NCBI GenBank assembly: GCA_043228905.1
Contig: JBHGNT010000006.1
Location: 5,456,001 to 5,520,000 of the forward strand
Source: Azolla caroliniana
Lineage: Eukaryota > Plantae > Polypodiophyta
Direction: 5' to 3'
DNA: 64,000 nt
In this document: positions 1 through 14,300 of the stretch, piece after piece
Layout: each line of letters opens with the position of its first letter
How positions within the stretch are numbered: position 1 is the first letter of the stretch
The notes under the pieces: model-generated
What the model was told of the DNA's origin: nothing
The model's database searches: none
What the model saw: only the letters and a program-made list of their open reading frames with translations
Position numbers and translations under genes: made by a program

Positions 1-1455
1 AGGCAGACACAATTACTTGTGCCAATAATGCTTCTTAAATTCTCAAAGGCATTGGTCAAGTTCCTATTAGAGCCGTCAATGGGGATGTAGTCAACCTGAA
101 CAATGTTCTCTATTTCCATGCATAAAGAAAAACCTTCTTTTAGTTTCCGCCATTGCTATATATGGATATCCTCTACATTTTCTCTACAACAAATGCACAA
201 TACATGATCGTACAACGGGCAATATCATTGTCATAACAGATAGCTTAAAACCTTTACAAGCTTGACACATCACAAATTTGATGACCAAAATGCATTAGTG
301 GTGGATGCCCAAACACAAAGCACTTCCAGACTATGGCATGCTCAGTTCGACCAATTAAATTTCAGCAGCCTTGCACGGCTTATTATACATGATATGGTAT
401 GCAATCTTCCTTTTGTTCATATACTATCTAAATTTCTAATTATGTTGAGGGATGTATTTGCACAGATTTTCATTTCCAAAAGATGCAAATGTTTTGGCCA
501 TACACAAGCTTCAACTTGTAGATAGTGATGGATGTGGCCCAATAAGAACCCCAGCTCATGCTTCAAAGAATTCTTACACCTTATTGAAAATCTCAGCGGT
601 CATAAACTCATTACTCTTCTCACCAATAGAGGGGTGACTGCATGTCTCAAGAGTTTCAATGTTTTCTTGAAGGATAGAGGCATTATCCATCAATGCACCA
701 CTCCATACATACCGCAACAAAATGCTATGACTGAGAGAAAGAATAGATCTGTCATGGAGATATCAAGATGCATGCTCGATGGTAAGAAATTACCTCACAA
801 GTTTTGGTTGGAAGTTGTAATAAGTGCAACCTATGTTTTCAATAGATGCCCCAAAAAGAATTTAAAAGTATTAATCCATATGATGGCTTGGAATGGTCAC
901 ACGCCAAATGTTGGTCACATGAGAATATTTGGAAGCTTGGGTTATGCATTTGTGCCACCACAGCAGCAACATAAGCCTCAATACAAAACATCAAAGTGCA
1001 TTTTCGTTGGCTACAGCAAAGAAAGCAAAGGTTATCGGTTGTTTCAGTCCCTATCGGTAAGATCATCATCAACGGGGATGTGATTTTTGCTGAAAATGCA
1101 GCTCAGCACTTGTGAATTGCTCCAAAGAGCCAATTCTTGATCCACCAAATGCATTTGATGCTTTGTTACCATTGCTCCAAAATGTTGCGTTTGAAGTTGG
1201 CAATTAACCCAACCTCATGGAAGTAAAATGCAGGTTTTGCATCTGCAACATCATGCTCCATATAGAGATGTATACCAGCCAAACAATGCTCAATTTGATT
1301 TCTTGGAACAACCCAATGTGGTTGAAAATGAGCAACTAAACATTGCCGATAATAACGTTGATTTAAAGGTCATTGATCAACATGATGTTGACATGGAATT
1401 GGAATAAGAACGAGCATCTTCTAAGCAAGCAAAAACCGTTCCTAAATGGCTGATT

Positions 1456-4400
1456 TGTAGAAAATGCAAGGATCTTAGACTAACTCTCACACAGCTAGAT
1501 CACTGAGAAGACTTAAGGAAATATCAATAGATTAGAAAAAACGAGCACTTATTACAAAGATGTAGAATGGTTTATATAACCAATATCTACAGGTAGGTGG
1601 AAACCCAACGGTCACTTTATTAGGTTCACACTATTATAACTATGTTCACACCGAAGTTTTCTTAGGATACACATTAAGTGTAACAAACCCCCCTAAAGTG
1701 AATGGTGTGGACTTGAATGTGGTCATTATCCAGGTGTTGGAAGAATGCCCAATTCCATACGTAAATATTCAAACTTTTCTCTTGATAGAGCCTTGGTGAA
1801 AATGTCTGCAACATTTTCATGAGTTGGTACATAGACCAAGTTTATTTCTTTAGCATGGAATTGCTCCCTCACATAATGATAGTGCACCTCTAAGTGTTTT
1901 GTACGTGCATGGAAGACGGGATTTCTTGCAATAGCCAAAGCACTTTGACTATTTGTAAATATACAAGTAGGAGATGGTTGCTCACATAATGATAGTGCAC
2001 CTCAATGTGTTTTGTACATGCATGTAAGACGGGATTTCTTGCAATAGCCAAAGCACTTTGACTATATGTAAATATACAAGTAGGGGATGGTTGCTCAAGT
2101 GACAAATTGAACAATAATCTCCTGATCCAAACACACTCTACTGTAGCGCTGAATGGTGCTCTATATTCAGCTTCAAAACTTGATGTTCCCACTATCGGTT
2201 GCTTCTTGCCGAGCCAGGAAACACAAGAATTGCCAATCATGAGACAATTGCCACTATGTGAGACACGAGTGTCGTAGCAGCCAGCCCAATCACTATCAAT
2301 GAAGGCTATTAAAGTAGATGAATTTCCTTCTCCATAGAAGAGGCTGAAATCCATAGTGCCGATGCCAATGCTTTGTTCCGGGCTGTGCATAAATCTGCTT
2401 AATTGTGAAACAACATATTGAATGTCAGTTCACGTGCTGCACAAAAATATCAAATAAGCTACAGCTTGCTGGTATAAGAGTACATCCATTGGTTCTCCTT
2501 TGTGCAGGTATGAGAATTTGAATCCTGCTTCTATAGGAGTGGAGATTGACTTGCAGTCTTCAAACCTGAATCATTGTAGGAGCTTCTCGATGTACTTTCA
2601 TTGACTGAGAAAAATGCCCCCCTCAACAGTAATAAATTGAATGTTGAGGTAGTAATGGAGATGACCAAGATCTGTAAGTTCAAATGTCTTACTAAGATCA
2701 GCTTTGAAATTTGCAATTTCTTGCTCATCAGGTCCTGTGATTAGCAAATCATCAACAAAAAGCCAACAATTAGTAATTTTTCTCCATCCTTTCGGACATA
2801 GAGAGTGCTTTCAGTTGGGCTGTTTACAAAACTGATTTGAAAAAGATGAGCATGGATCTTTGCATTCCATGCTCGAGGTGCTTGTTTCAAGCCGTACAAA
2901 GCTTTAAGTAACCCAGCAAACTTTAGTTTTTGCACCTTTAATGACAAAACCTAGAGGTTGAGCTACATAAACTGCTTCTTCTAAATCTCCATTTAAGAAG
3001 GGGGTTTTAATGTCAAATTGGTGAACCTTCCATCCCTTAATTGCTGTTGCAGCAACTGTAGCTCGAATTATAGTTATCTTTGAAGTGGGGGCGAAGGTTT
3101 CTTCATAGTCTATCCCCTCTTTTTGGGAACTGTCTTTTACAACAAGTCTTGCTTTAAAACGATCAATGCTTCCATCCGCATTACACTTGACTTTGTAAAT
3201 CCATTTGGTGGCAATTGCTTTTCTACCTTTAGGTAGATCACATAACGCCCAAGTTCTGATTTCATGGCTTCTAACCCAATGGTCATGGCTAATGCATCCT
3301 TAAGAGAGAGTGGTTCCTCATCACAAATTTCCGCGATAAGAGCATGATGCACATAATGCAGTTCAGCTTGCTGATTAGTTGACCGGGTTTTACCCTGAAG
3401 AGGAAACTTGAGTTTGTTGTTTATAAGGGTGTTAATCAGCCATTTAGGAACTATTCTTGCTTACTGAGAAGAGGCTTGTTCTTCCTCCAATTCCATGTCA
3501 AGATCATGTGGGTTAATGACCTGTAAATCAACATTATTATCAACAATGTTTGGTTGCTCATTTTCAACCACATTGGATTGTTGCAAGAGATCAATTTGAG
3601 CATTGCTTGGCTGCTCTACATCTCTGTTTGGAGCATGTTGTTGCTGATGCAAAACCTGCACATTACCTCCATGAGGTTGGGTTAGTCGATCACCTTCCAA
3701 ACACAATGTTTGGAGCAATGGTAACAAAGTATCAAATGCATCTGGTTGATCAAGAATTGGGTCTTTGGAGCAATCCACAAGTGGTTGAGTTGCATTTTCA
3801 GCAAATATCACATCCCACCTAATGATGATCTTACCAGTAGTGGGCTGAAACAACCGATGACCTTTGCTTTCTTTGTTGTAGCCAACAAAGATGCATTTTG
3901 TTGCTTTGTCTTGAAGCTTATGGCGTTGTTGTGGTGGCACAAATACATAAGCCAACCTTCCAAATATTCTCATGTGTCCAACATTTGGCTTATGACCAGT
4001 CCAAGCCTCATATGGAGTGATAGTTGTTATTGCTTTTGTGGGGCATCTATTTAAAACATAGTTTGCACACATTACAGCTTCCAACCAAAACTTATGAGGT
4101 AGCTTCTTACCATTGAGCATCTTGTCATCTCCATGAGAGATCTATTCTTTCTCTCAGCCAAACTATTTTGTTGTGTGTATGGAGTGGTGCATTGATCGAT
4201 AATACCTCTATCCTTCAAGAAAGTATTGAACTCTTGAGACATGTACGCACCCCACCCCCTCTATCGATGCAAAGAGTAATGAGTTTGTGACCGCTAAGAT
4301 TTTCAGCAAGGTGTAAGAATTCTTTGAAGCATGAAAAGACATTGGATTTCTCCTTCAAAAGATATACCCAAGTGTGCCAGGTAGCATCATCAATGAATGT

Positions 4401-6692
4401 AAGAAAATAAAGATAACCTCCAATTGATGGTGTTCTCATTGGTTCTCATACATCACTATGTACAAGTTGAAGCTTGTGTGTTGCCAAAACATTTGCATCT
4501 TTTGGAAATGAAAACCTGTGTATTTTTCCTAGAATACAACCCTCAGAAACATGATTAGATGGTACATGAATGGAAGGAAAATTGCATACCATATCATGTT
4601 TGCTAAGTCATGCAAGGCTGCTGAAATTTAAATGGCCGAACCGAGCATGCCATAGTTCAGAATTGCTTTGTGTTTGGGCATCCACCACTAACGCATTTTG
4701 CTCATCAAATTTCTGATATATGTCACGCTTGTAAAGGTTGTTGAACAAACTACCTGTTATGACAATGATATTGCCCTTTGTACGATCATGTATTGTGCAT
4801 TTGTCATAGAGAAAATGGACAGGGTATCCATGCATAGCAATGGCAAAAACAAAAAAAAGTTTTTTTTTTTATGCCAAGGACATAGAGAACATTGTTCAAG
4901 GTGACTATGTCCCCATTCACAGCTGTAATATGAACTTGACCAATGCCTGTTATGATGTAAGAAGCATTATTGGCACAAGTAATGGTGCCCGCCTTATGAC
5001 AAGCATCTCCAAGTGTGACAAAGAGATTTTTGCAAGAAGTTATGTGTTTAGAAGCACCGATATCAAAATACCAAGCATCCTTACAGTCACTTACCAATAA
5101 ACATACATCATCCTTTGAGGGATCATACATTATATGTATCGAGAATGCCCACTTATGTTGAGCAATGTGTGTTTCTACCTTCGTACCAGTAGAGGTGGTA
5201 ACATTAAGACCAAACTATTTTTTCTTCTCTTCACTAGGTTTCCTTTTCGACATTCGCTAATGTCATGGCCTAGTTTACGACAATAATTGCATCATTTCTT
5301 CTTCTTCTTCTCATCATAGAAAGTCGAGGCATTATTGCCTTTAGAAGGAAGGTTATTTTGTTTTCGTCCTTGTTGGCCTTTGAACTTGGAAGAGGTAACA
5401 AAAGCTTGATCACCACTATTAAGAACATCCCAATTTGCTCAAGATTGAGTTTCTTATAAGAGAAGGGAGATTAGCTCATCAAAGCTAAAGCTCACTTTAC
5501 CTCTTTTAAGAAGCCTTACTGTTGTGGCGAAGCCTTGATATGAATCTGGAAGCGTGGCAAGAACTTTAGAAACTAGCTGCTTGTCTTAAATCGCTTCATC
5601 AATGTTGAGTAGTTGTTCCTTGAAGTTCTTGATTTTTGTTAAGAATGCATCCATGGATTCACCTTCTTGCATCCTTGTTTCTTCAAGTTTCCGCTTAAGC
5701 ATAGCAACTCTTGCTTCATTCCTTTGAGCATACAAGTTCTTTAACACATCCCAAGCACTTTTTGAGGTCGTGCAAGATCGGATATGTGGAACAATGTGAC
5801 ATTTGATCAATAACACGATGAGAGCATGGCTTGAGCATCATTACCATCCCACTTAAGTTGTGAAGTGGATTGTTGAGTGGAGCTTGACGCATTGTTTGCG
5901 TCAGTTGTTCCTAAAGGGGAGGGAGAGTTTGGAGAAGAACTTGAAGTTGGACGTTCTTCGGATCCAGAGTTGCTTTGCTACCAGTACAACTCTCATCATG
6001 TACGCCCACATAGGATAGTTAGTACCATCCAACTTATCTTCAGCATTAAGCATACCAAAAATATTAGTTTGCTCAGCCATTTCAAAAGCAAGAAATATGG
6101 ATGAGATATTGCAGTCTTGGTGATTATATTCACCAAAATGTACTAAAGCAATATAATATTGAAGAAAAAGATGAGAGATAAGAGTTACTTTGCTGTGATG
6201 AGAACTTATTTTGTTGTGGTAAAGACTGGTTGCTGCAATTGCTATGCAATCAAGGTTTGAGACTGCTACAAAACTTGTTTTGACTGTACCTCCAAAACCA
6301 AAAATCCGATTTGGGTGTGCAAGTATTCAAAAGAATCAGCTCGTAATCTACTTTTTGAAAATGTGAAAATAGGGAAAGATCGCCTCTGCTGCAGTTTTCT
6401 GTTGTTTGAACTTTCGTTGTTGTAGATGTACAGAATAGGTTAACCTAAACCAACTCTGATACCATATGTAGAAAATGCAGGGATCTTAGACTAACTCTCA
6501 CACAACGAGATCACTTAGAAGACTTAAGGAAATATCAATAGATTAGAAAAAAACGAGCATTTATTACAATAGAATGGTTTATATAACCAGTATCTACAGG
6601 TAGGTGGAAACCCAACGGTCACTTTATTAGGTTCACACTATTATAACCATGTTCACACCAAAGCTTTCATAGGATACACATTAAGTGTAACA
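1456..6692 (-). mobile_element. Full-length degenerate Ty1/Copia, nested in inverted orientation
   Basis: LTRs 1456-1685 and 6467-6692 (TGTAG...TAACA; about 10 substitutions and 2 indels by eye). 5-bp TSD TGATT at 1451-1455 and 6693-6697. PBS TGGTATCAGAG (tRNA-iMet) on the minus strand at 6454-6464. PPT next to 1686-1693. gag, protease (WYFDIGAS), integrase, RT and RH fragments in Copia order. Confidence 0.95.
1868..2093. repeat. 113-bp tandem duplication inside the inner Copia RNase H region
   Basis: CTCACATAATGATAGTGCACCTC starts at 1868 and 1981. The peptide ARNPVFHARTKH.EVHYHYV is encoded twice. Confidence 0.9.
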
Positions 6693-8355
6693 TGATTAAC
6701 ACCCTTATGAACAGCAAACTCACAATTCCTCTTCAAAGTAAAACCCGGCCAGCCAATCAGCAAGTTGAACCACATTATGGGCATCATGCTCTTATTACTG
6801 AAATTTGTGATGAGGAGCCACTCTCTCTTGAGGATGCATTGGCACATGACCATTAGGTTGAAGCCATGAAAGCAGAACTTGAGTCCATCTATAAGAACAA
6901 CAATTGGGAGTTATGTGATCTACTAAAGGTAGAAAGCAAATGCCACCAAGTGGATTTACAAAGTGAAGCGTAATGTGGACGGTAGCCTTGATTGTTTTAA
7001 AGCAAGACTTGTAGCAAATGGTTGTTCCCAAAAAGAGGGGATAGACTATGAACAAACATTCGCCCCCACTTCAAGGATGGCTGCAATCAGAGCTATGGTT
7101 ACTACAGCCGCAAATAAAGGGTGGAAGTTTCCCCACTTGGACATTAAAACCACCTTCTTAAATGGAGATTTAGAAGAAGTGGTTTATGTAACTCAACTTC
7201 CCAGTTTTGTCATTAAAGGTGTGTAGAAAATAAAGTTTGCAGGATATTTAAAGCTTTGTATGGCTTGAAGAAATCACCTCCAGAGTGGAATGCAAAGATC
7301 CATGCTCATCTTCTTTGTGGACAGCTGAATGGAAAGCACCTTCTATGTCCGAAAGGATGGAGAAAAATCATTCATTGTTGTGCTTTATGTTGATGATTTG
7401 CTAGACCTAATGAGCAAGAAATTGCAGATTTTCAAGGGTAATCTTAGTAGGACAATTGAACTTATAGATCTTGGTCATCTCCATTATTAACTCAACATCA
7501 ATTCATTACCGGTGAGGGGGGCATTTTCTTGAGTCAATGAAAGTACATCGAGAAGTTGCTACAACTATTCAGGTTTGAAGAGTCCAAGCCAATCTCCACT
7601 CCTGTAGAAGTACGTTTCAGATTCTCATATTAAGACAAAGGAGAATGAACAAATGCACTCTTATACCAGCAAGATGTAGGTTGTTTGATATTTTTGTGCA
7701 GCACATGACCTAACATTCAAATGTAGTTTCACAATTAATCCGGTCTATGTACAACTCTGGAACAAAGCATTGGCAAGCAACCAAGCGGGTTTTCCGTTAC
7801 ATCAAAGGCACTATGGACTTCAGCCTCTTCAATGGAGAAGGCAATTCATCTACTTTAACAGCCTTCACTGATAGTGATTGGGCTGGCTGGTATGGCACTC
7901 ATGTCTCACACAGTAGCAATTGTTTCATGATCGGCAATTCTTGTGTTTCTAGGGTCAACAAAAAGCAGGCAACGTGGCAACATCAAGTTGTTGTGGAGCC
8001 AAATATAGAGCAACATTCAACGCTACAATAGAGTGTGTTTGGCTCAGGAAATTATTGTTTGATTTGTCCCTTGAGCAACCATCTCATACTTGTATATTTA
8101 CAAATAGTCAAAGTGTCTTGACTATTGCAAGGAATCCCATCTTCCATGCATGTACAAAACACATCGAGGTGCATTATCATTATGTGAGGGAGAGATAACC
8201 TTTGTCTATATACCAATTCATCAAAATGTTGCAGAGATTTTTACAAAGACTCTATCCAGAGAAAAGTTTGAATATTTTTTCAAGGAATTGAACAAGTCTT
8301 CCAACATCTGGACAATAACAACATTCAAGTTCACACCTTTCACTTCAGGGGGGTT

Positions 8356-8535
8356 TGTTTACACTTAATTTGTATCCTACGAAAGCCTTGGTGTGAACAT
8401 AGTTAGAATAGTGTGAAATTGTTAAGTAATTGTTGGATTTCCATTATAAACCATTCCTAATCTACTGATTTATCCCCAAGTCTTTATGTTAACTTGCTGT
8501 ATGAGAGTGAGTCTAAGATCCCTGCATTTTCTATA
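8356..8535 (+). repeat. 3' LTR of the outer Copia (internally deleted)
   Basis: Reverse-complement homologue of the 1456-1685 LTR, ending GTCTAAGATCCCTGCATTTTCTATA and preceded by a PPT. Confidence 0.85.
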
Positions 8536-9125
8536 CCAATACATTGAGTAAATATACAAGCAAGCAGATGATGCATAGCCACATATATAGACACACACAT
8601 ATGCGTACATGCAACGGAAACAATTACCGCCTATTTGTTGACAAAATGGCTATTTTCAAGGATCTTGAATATCTTTGGTTATTTTCCTGATCAAGGTTTG
8701 TTCAATTCTACAATGAAATAAGGAATAACGTATACTAGTTGTCAAGAAAAAGGAAGCTATTAGAAATTATAAAATAGTAACCCACGTGTCTGCACTTTTA
8801 GGATTCCATAACATATGAATTCAAAGAAGCAGATATATTTTGTATCAATCTTTATGATGTTCACCATTCATACAGACATATTCATATTTCCATACATGCA
8901 TATTCACAAAAATAATACGAAAAAACATAACGTAGATGTGTTCATACACGCATACATATGTACACACAAGCATAAACCAAATTCCATAAGTATACATAAA
9001 ACGATAAGAAATGCGTAAAGAGAACAAGCAGATAATGTAAATATACAGAAAGGTAGATAATGAGTTCTTCGATGTTGAATTTGGTTCTAAGACGAGAAGT
9101 ACACAGAATGCAGATGCGAACTTAC

Positions 9126-9204
9126 CTGGTTCATTTGATGCAGAAAAATGGGGGCACAGCGGAAGAAGAGGCCTCTTGCGGAAGAGACCGAAAGCTCTGA
9201 TCAT
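9126..9204 (-). CDS. Possible first exon of a minus-strand gene whose first intron contains the Copia nest (MIRAFGLFRKRPLLPLCPHFSASNEP)
   Basis: ATG at 9204 and a perfect donor CAG|GTAAGT at 9126/9125. The peptide is Arg-rich with no acidic residues in its first 24 aa, like an organellar presequence. No downstream exon is visible. Confidence 0.3.
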
Positions 9205-10184
9205 GGTTTGAAACTGGAATTCTCTAGGCTGGGAGAGGAACCATGGACTTCTTCAAGTTCCCCCCCTGGTCTGCTGTTCTTTCTCTCATTCCACAGAAGT
9301 AGTATGTCTTCTGCTTTCACTACTGCTCTGCTCTGCCCTGCTCATTGCCAAATGGCTGCTTTTTCTTTCACACTGTCTGAAACCATATGGTTTGCCGGCC
9401 CTCGGGGCTTACCGCCCGCCCACTCGCATCGTCTAATTAACACCCAAAAACTGTAGTTTGCGAGGAAGTAGGGTGATAATAAGAAAACACAATCAATCTG
9501 TGTACATACATGACTATCAAGGACAATAGCATCATATTAGACATGATGATTACATGTCAATTGGTGTTGTTACATTGGTGAGTGATTGATTTACCTTTAA
9601 GTATGTAGGTTGCTTGATCAAACTTATGGTATGTATGGATGCGTAGGACGTCTTATTATAGGAGCATCTTTGACCCTTGCTTCACAAACATGGTCTTTCT
9701 CACAATAGGGAGTGGTAAGGATGTTTTTGTTGATTGCGTGCATACTCACTATTTCAGACATGTAAAAAAGGTAATCCAAGAAAGAATGCAAGGACAAGAG
9801 ATCGTAGATCAGAGACACCCTTGACCTGGGCCTATTATAAGTGTTAGATTATGTGATGTCCTTTACTAGAGGAGAGAAGCAAACCTCGGAAATGACGGCA
9901 TCCTGCAAGGAGCAAACTCGATGTAGAATATCAAAGAGGGAAGATGCACACAGTGAGAACAGGAAGGGTCGTGTAAATCAAAGTTGGGACAATACGGAGA
10001 TGATAAAAGAAGCACAGGTCCTTGTTGCAATGGAAAACGGGCATGCACAAAAACAAAAGGATAGAGGTTATGTATGTATGCTATGTATGTGTACTGAGTA
10101 GCCGCCCACCCGAAATGTATGTCCCCCCAGGGGCGTAAGAGGGCAGATAATGATCTCCGGCCTAGTTGGCACGACCACGACACG

Positions 10185-10338
10185 ATACATACATATGTAT
10201 ATGCATGGACTGTATATACATACATACATACATATATGTGTGTGTATACGTATGTACTATGTATATACATTATACATAAATATGTATATGTATACGCATG
10301 TACTATGTATATATACATTATACATATGTATATGTACG

Positions 10339-10371
<33 letters not shown>

Positions 10372-10380
10372 GTATGTATT
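10185..10380. repeat. (TA)n/(TACA)n/(TATG)n compound microsatellite
   Basis: Directly visible low-complexity repeat. Confidence 0.9.
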
Positions 10381-11396
10381 TCGTAAAAGAAGGAAGGATG
10401 GGAAACAGAAAGGAAAAAAAAACGATGAAGCAATTCTGTTGTTGGGTGGGGTGAGAGGGAGGCCAAGAGAAGAAGAAACAAAACACAGAGACACGCAGAA
10501 ACAGAGCAACCGCTTCCGATTTCTTCCCCATCTCTTCATCGCCCTTTCGTTCGCCATCACCATCGCCATCGCCATCGCCATCGCCTGCTTCTTCCCCTAC
10601 ACCTTCCGCTTCCCGGCGTTTCTCAAAACTACATACCCATTCGCTCCCCCATTTCCTGATGCATACATACATATATCACACCTGTTTTTTGGCCTCCCCT
10701 CAGCCTCGCCTGCTTCGGGAAAAGAACTCCTAGAAATGGATTGTTCTGAGGGCGGCGGTGTTTAGATGCCTTCGACCAGACAGATACGCCTGCACGACAT
10801 GGAGAAATGAATAACCGAAAACAGACCGCGTTTCCCCCGAGCGAATTAACACTAGCTATGGCGATCCTGATAGAAAATGCAAACCACCCTCTCCTCCACT
10901 CTCCAGAAATCGAGCCCCTTGCATTCCGTAGACCATTGTGGCGAATTCTTGTCTGTCCATTCTCTGCAGAATAGCAAAACTTTCTCTATCCCTCATTTAT
11001 ATATTTGCGCGAATTTGAGCGAGAGTTGACTACGATTGCAAAAGCTAATATTGTTCTTCTCCTGCACTCCTTTGGAAATTTAGTAATTTGTGATGATATG
11101 GCGACTGGTACAATTGCTCCTTGTATCAGTGTAACTGTAACTAACTTGATCCGAAGATAAAGAGTAAGGCTGGGCAAAAACTTTCTTTTGGGAAAGTCGA
11201 ATCTGAGCCATGGCTGAATCAGGAGGTCATGAAATTTGGTATAAATCCCATGCAGTGAGGAGAAGTTTTTGTCAGAATGTTGAGGATGATGAGTATGACG
11301 CTCCTTATTTTCTTGATCAATGCAAATGTTTCCATCCATCCTAAGGAACGAAGGAGGACTCTGTTGTAAGTCTTTCTGAGTAGCGCGAAGGAAGCA

Positions 11397-14300
11397 ATGG
11401 CTGATCAAGATCAGGGTTATTCCTCTGGGGAGAGCTGTTGTGTTCATACCGCAGAGCCAGAGTTTGTGGAGATGGACGTGACTGGTCGTTATGGACGGGT
11501 ATGGCCTCCTCCCCCTTCACTATTGTAAAACCCTTTTGGATTTTTATTTCTTCTTCTCAATGATGCATATAGCTTTCTCTGCTTTGAAGTAGTTAATACA
11601 AACATTTCATGCCATTGCATCTCTCTCTCTCTCTCTCCATCTATGATGATTGATCCCCTCCTGTAGATGTTAATGCATCATCATCATCCTTCTAGAAAGA
11701 ACAAATTTTCTGATATTTCTTCCAGCCTTCATCACATGCCAGGTAGATTATAGAAATCTACTTTGTTAAATTGTTTGAGAGATACTGCACTTAAATTGCA
11801 TCTACAAATAGTGAACGCCCCCTGGTTTTTCTTTCCATGCTCTGCTTGGAGAAGAATAGAACTCAATTGATTCTTATGTGCGAAGGATGTAAAAGCTATT
11901 CATAGCCTGCTCGTCTTATGCAAATCTTATTTTTAGATAAACCAATTATTAGAATGAATCAAGAGTCATTAACATCTTAATCACCCTATATAGCGTGAAA
12001 CGAAGGCCATAAGGTCGACAAAAGAGAAGGTTGACGTTTTGGCTTTTTTTTCTATTTTCAATGGAAAATCTAGATTCATTTGAGTTGAGATGTCTCAAGG
12101 TATTGTTATTGATGCATACAAGAGAGGTGTGTTAGGTAAGAAAACATGTAATGAATCATATCCTGATTTGATTGTCTACGCTACTTAAGTCACAAACTGT
12201 AGTACCTCCCTTAGCGTTGATGGCAGAATTTCCTAACAGATTTTGTATGATTTACTTTGCAGTACAATGACATCTTAGGCAAGGGTGCCTTCAAAACAGT
12301 GTATCCTCAAATAATGTCAAACCTAGTCTTTCTATTTTGGGAAATATCATGGCGATATGTGTTCACATGCTCTGAGAATGTGTGATTTTACCCTTAACTC
12401 ACATGACAGTTACAGGGCATTTGATGAAGTAGATGGAATAGAGGTTGCCTGGAATCAAGTCAAGATTCATGATCTTCTGCAAAGTCCAGAGGAGTTGGAG
12501 CGCCTCTATTCAGAGGTACATCTTCTACGATCACTGAAACATAAGAATATAATCAAGTTCTATACTTCATGGGTGGATGCAAAGAACAAAAACGTCAACT
12601 TCATCACAGAGATCTTCAACTCTGGAACATTAAGACAGTAAGTCCTGGTCTCCTTTCCCACTATTCATCATACTCTGCAATTTGTAAGTGCAAAAAAAAC
12701 TTCGGGGACACATCTCTGTCTTTTCTCTTACTTCTTGGGTACAGTGTGGAAATGGAAAATCATGAAATGATCTCAGGTATCGGAAGAAGCACAAGCATGT
12801 TGATATCAAAGCAGTAAAGAATTGGGCGAGACAAATTTTAAGAGGCTTGCTTTATTTGCACAGTCATGACCCACCCATTATCCATCGTGATCTAAAGTGT
12901 GACAATATATTTGTGAATGGGAATAATGGAGAAGTCAAAATTGGAGATCTTGGCTTAGCAACCATTTTGCGTCAAGCACATGCTGCACACAGTGTGATTG
13001 GTAAGTCTAGACCACAAAAAATTCAAATACATCTTGGATTACAGTTGTCTATAAGTTCCTATTTGGTATAACCCCTCATAATATATCCCTTTGTATAAAT
13101 ATAGGTACTCCTGAGTTCATGGCCCCAGAGTTGTATGAAGAAGAGTATAACGAGCTTGTTGATATATATTCTTTCGGCATGTGTTTGCTGGAGCTGGTAA
13201 CATTTGAGTATCCATATAGTGAGTGTACAAATGCAGCACAAATCTACAAAAAAGTAACCTCTGTAAGTATTTATCTTCTATTTTTCATATGGACAACTTT
13301 CTCACTGTCTAGGTGCGCACTTACGTTGCCTGTCTAACTTCTATTCATTTCATGGGTTTGCAAGGTTCTTATGCAATCCAATAATTCTATACCATGACAG
13401 GGAAAAAAGCCAGCTGCTTTGGAAAGAGTTAAAGATCCCGATGTACGGAAGTTCATAGAAAACTGCCTTGCTGTTGCATCAAAGAGACTACCTGCAAGAG
13501 AGCTGTTATCTGATCCTTTTCTTCAGAATGATATGAGCAAAGAACAGCCAGAATGTTCTCAACCACCACGAAAATTGCTGATTCCCCACGTACTGCTTGG
13601 GAGAGATGGATTTTCTGAACCAAGTATAAAGGAGGAGCCTGGACGACATGACCATGTTGAAGAACCCTTAGCTAATGTGTCAGTGATAGCACATAATGAA
13701 ACTAGTGACCTTAAGAATGATGTACATATAGAATCTATGTGTAGTAAGGATCAGACAAGCAATGGCGAATGCAAGTTGCTGACTGAACCTTCCACCTTTT
13801 CAAAAGATGAGGAACCATTGAGAATCTTGGATTTTAAAGTTAAGGGGAGAAAGAGGGATGATACTACTGTTTCCTTAAGGTTGCGTATTGTAAACATTCA
13901 AGGTAATTTAATTCCACCACATTCTTTTTTAAATCTTTAACATGATAAAAGCGAAAACGAATTTACAGTAGTAGTTTTTCAGGTCACGTGCGTCACATCC
14001 ATTTTCTTTTTGATGTGGAAGGCGATACAGCTATTAGTGTTGCTAGTGAAATGGTTGAAGAGCTTCAACTTTCTGACCAGGATGTGACCACCATTGCTGA
14101 GATGATTGATGCAAAAATTTTGGCATTAGTGCCAGAATGGAACCCCGCAGCCTCGTTCGAGGAACCGAGTTCCGAAACAGTAGAACATAACCAAAATACA
14201 GTAACTCCAGATTCGAAGTGTGAGAAATCAAAGAATGAGAATGGTGAGGATTTTGTTAATGAAGTCGAAACTTCAGAAACACCAAATATATGTCCATCTC

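Larger units (their letters stand above)
1..8535 (+). mobile_element. Degenerate Ty1/Copia LTR retrotransposon (outer copy, 5' end outside the window), interrupted at 1455/6693 by a nested copy
   Basis: Integrase fragments (LWHAQFDQLN; TPYIPQQNAMTERKNR) at 262-1083. RT (FKARLVANGCSQKEGIDYEQTFAP) at 6963-7226. RNase H (DSDWAG; TKHIEVHYHYVRE) at 7747-8300. PPT AGGGGGG at about 8347-8353 and a 3' LTR at 8356-8535. Removing the insert restores CCTAAATGGC-TGATT-AACACCCTT. Confidence 0.92.

Noticed and set aside
9119-9130. ACTTACCTGG resembling the U1 snRNA 5' end
   Set aside because: The downstream sequence does not match U1. It is better explained as a minus-strand splice donor.
9866-10765. Long ORFs rich in Y/I/C/M, also at 20004-20252, 48056-48374 and 60159-60588
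   Set aside because: Artefacts of stop-free microsatellites.
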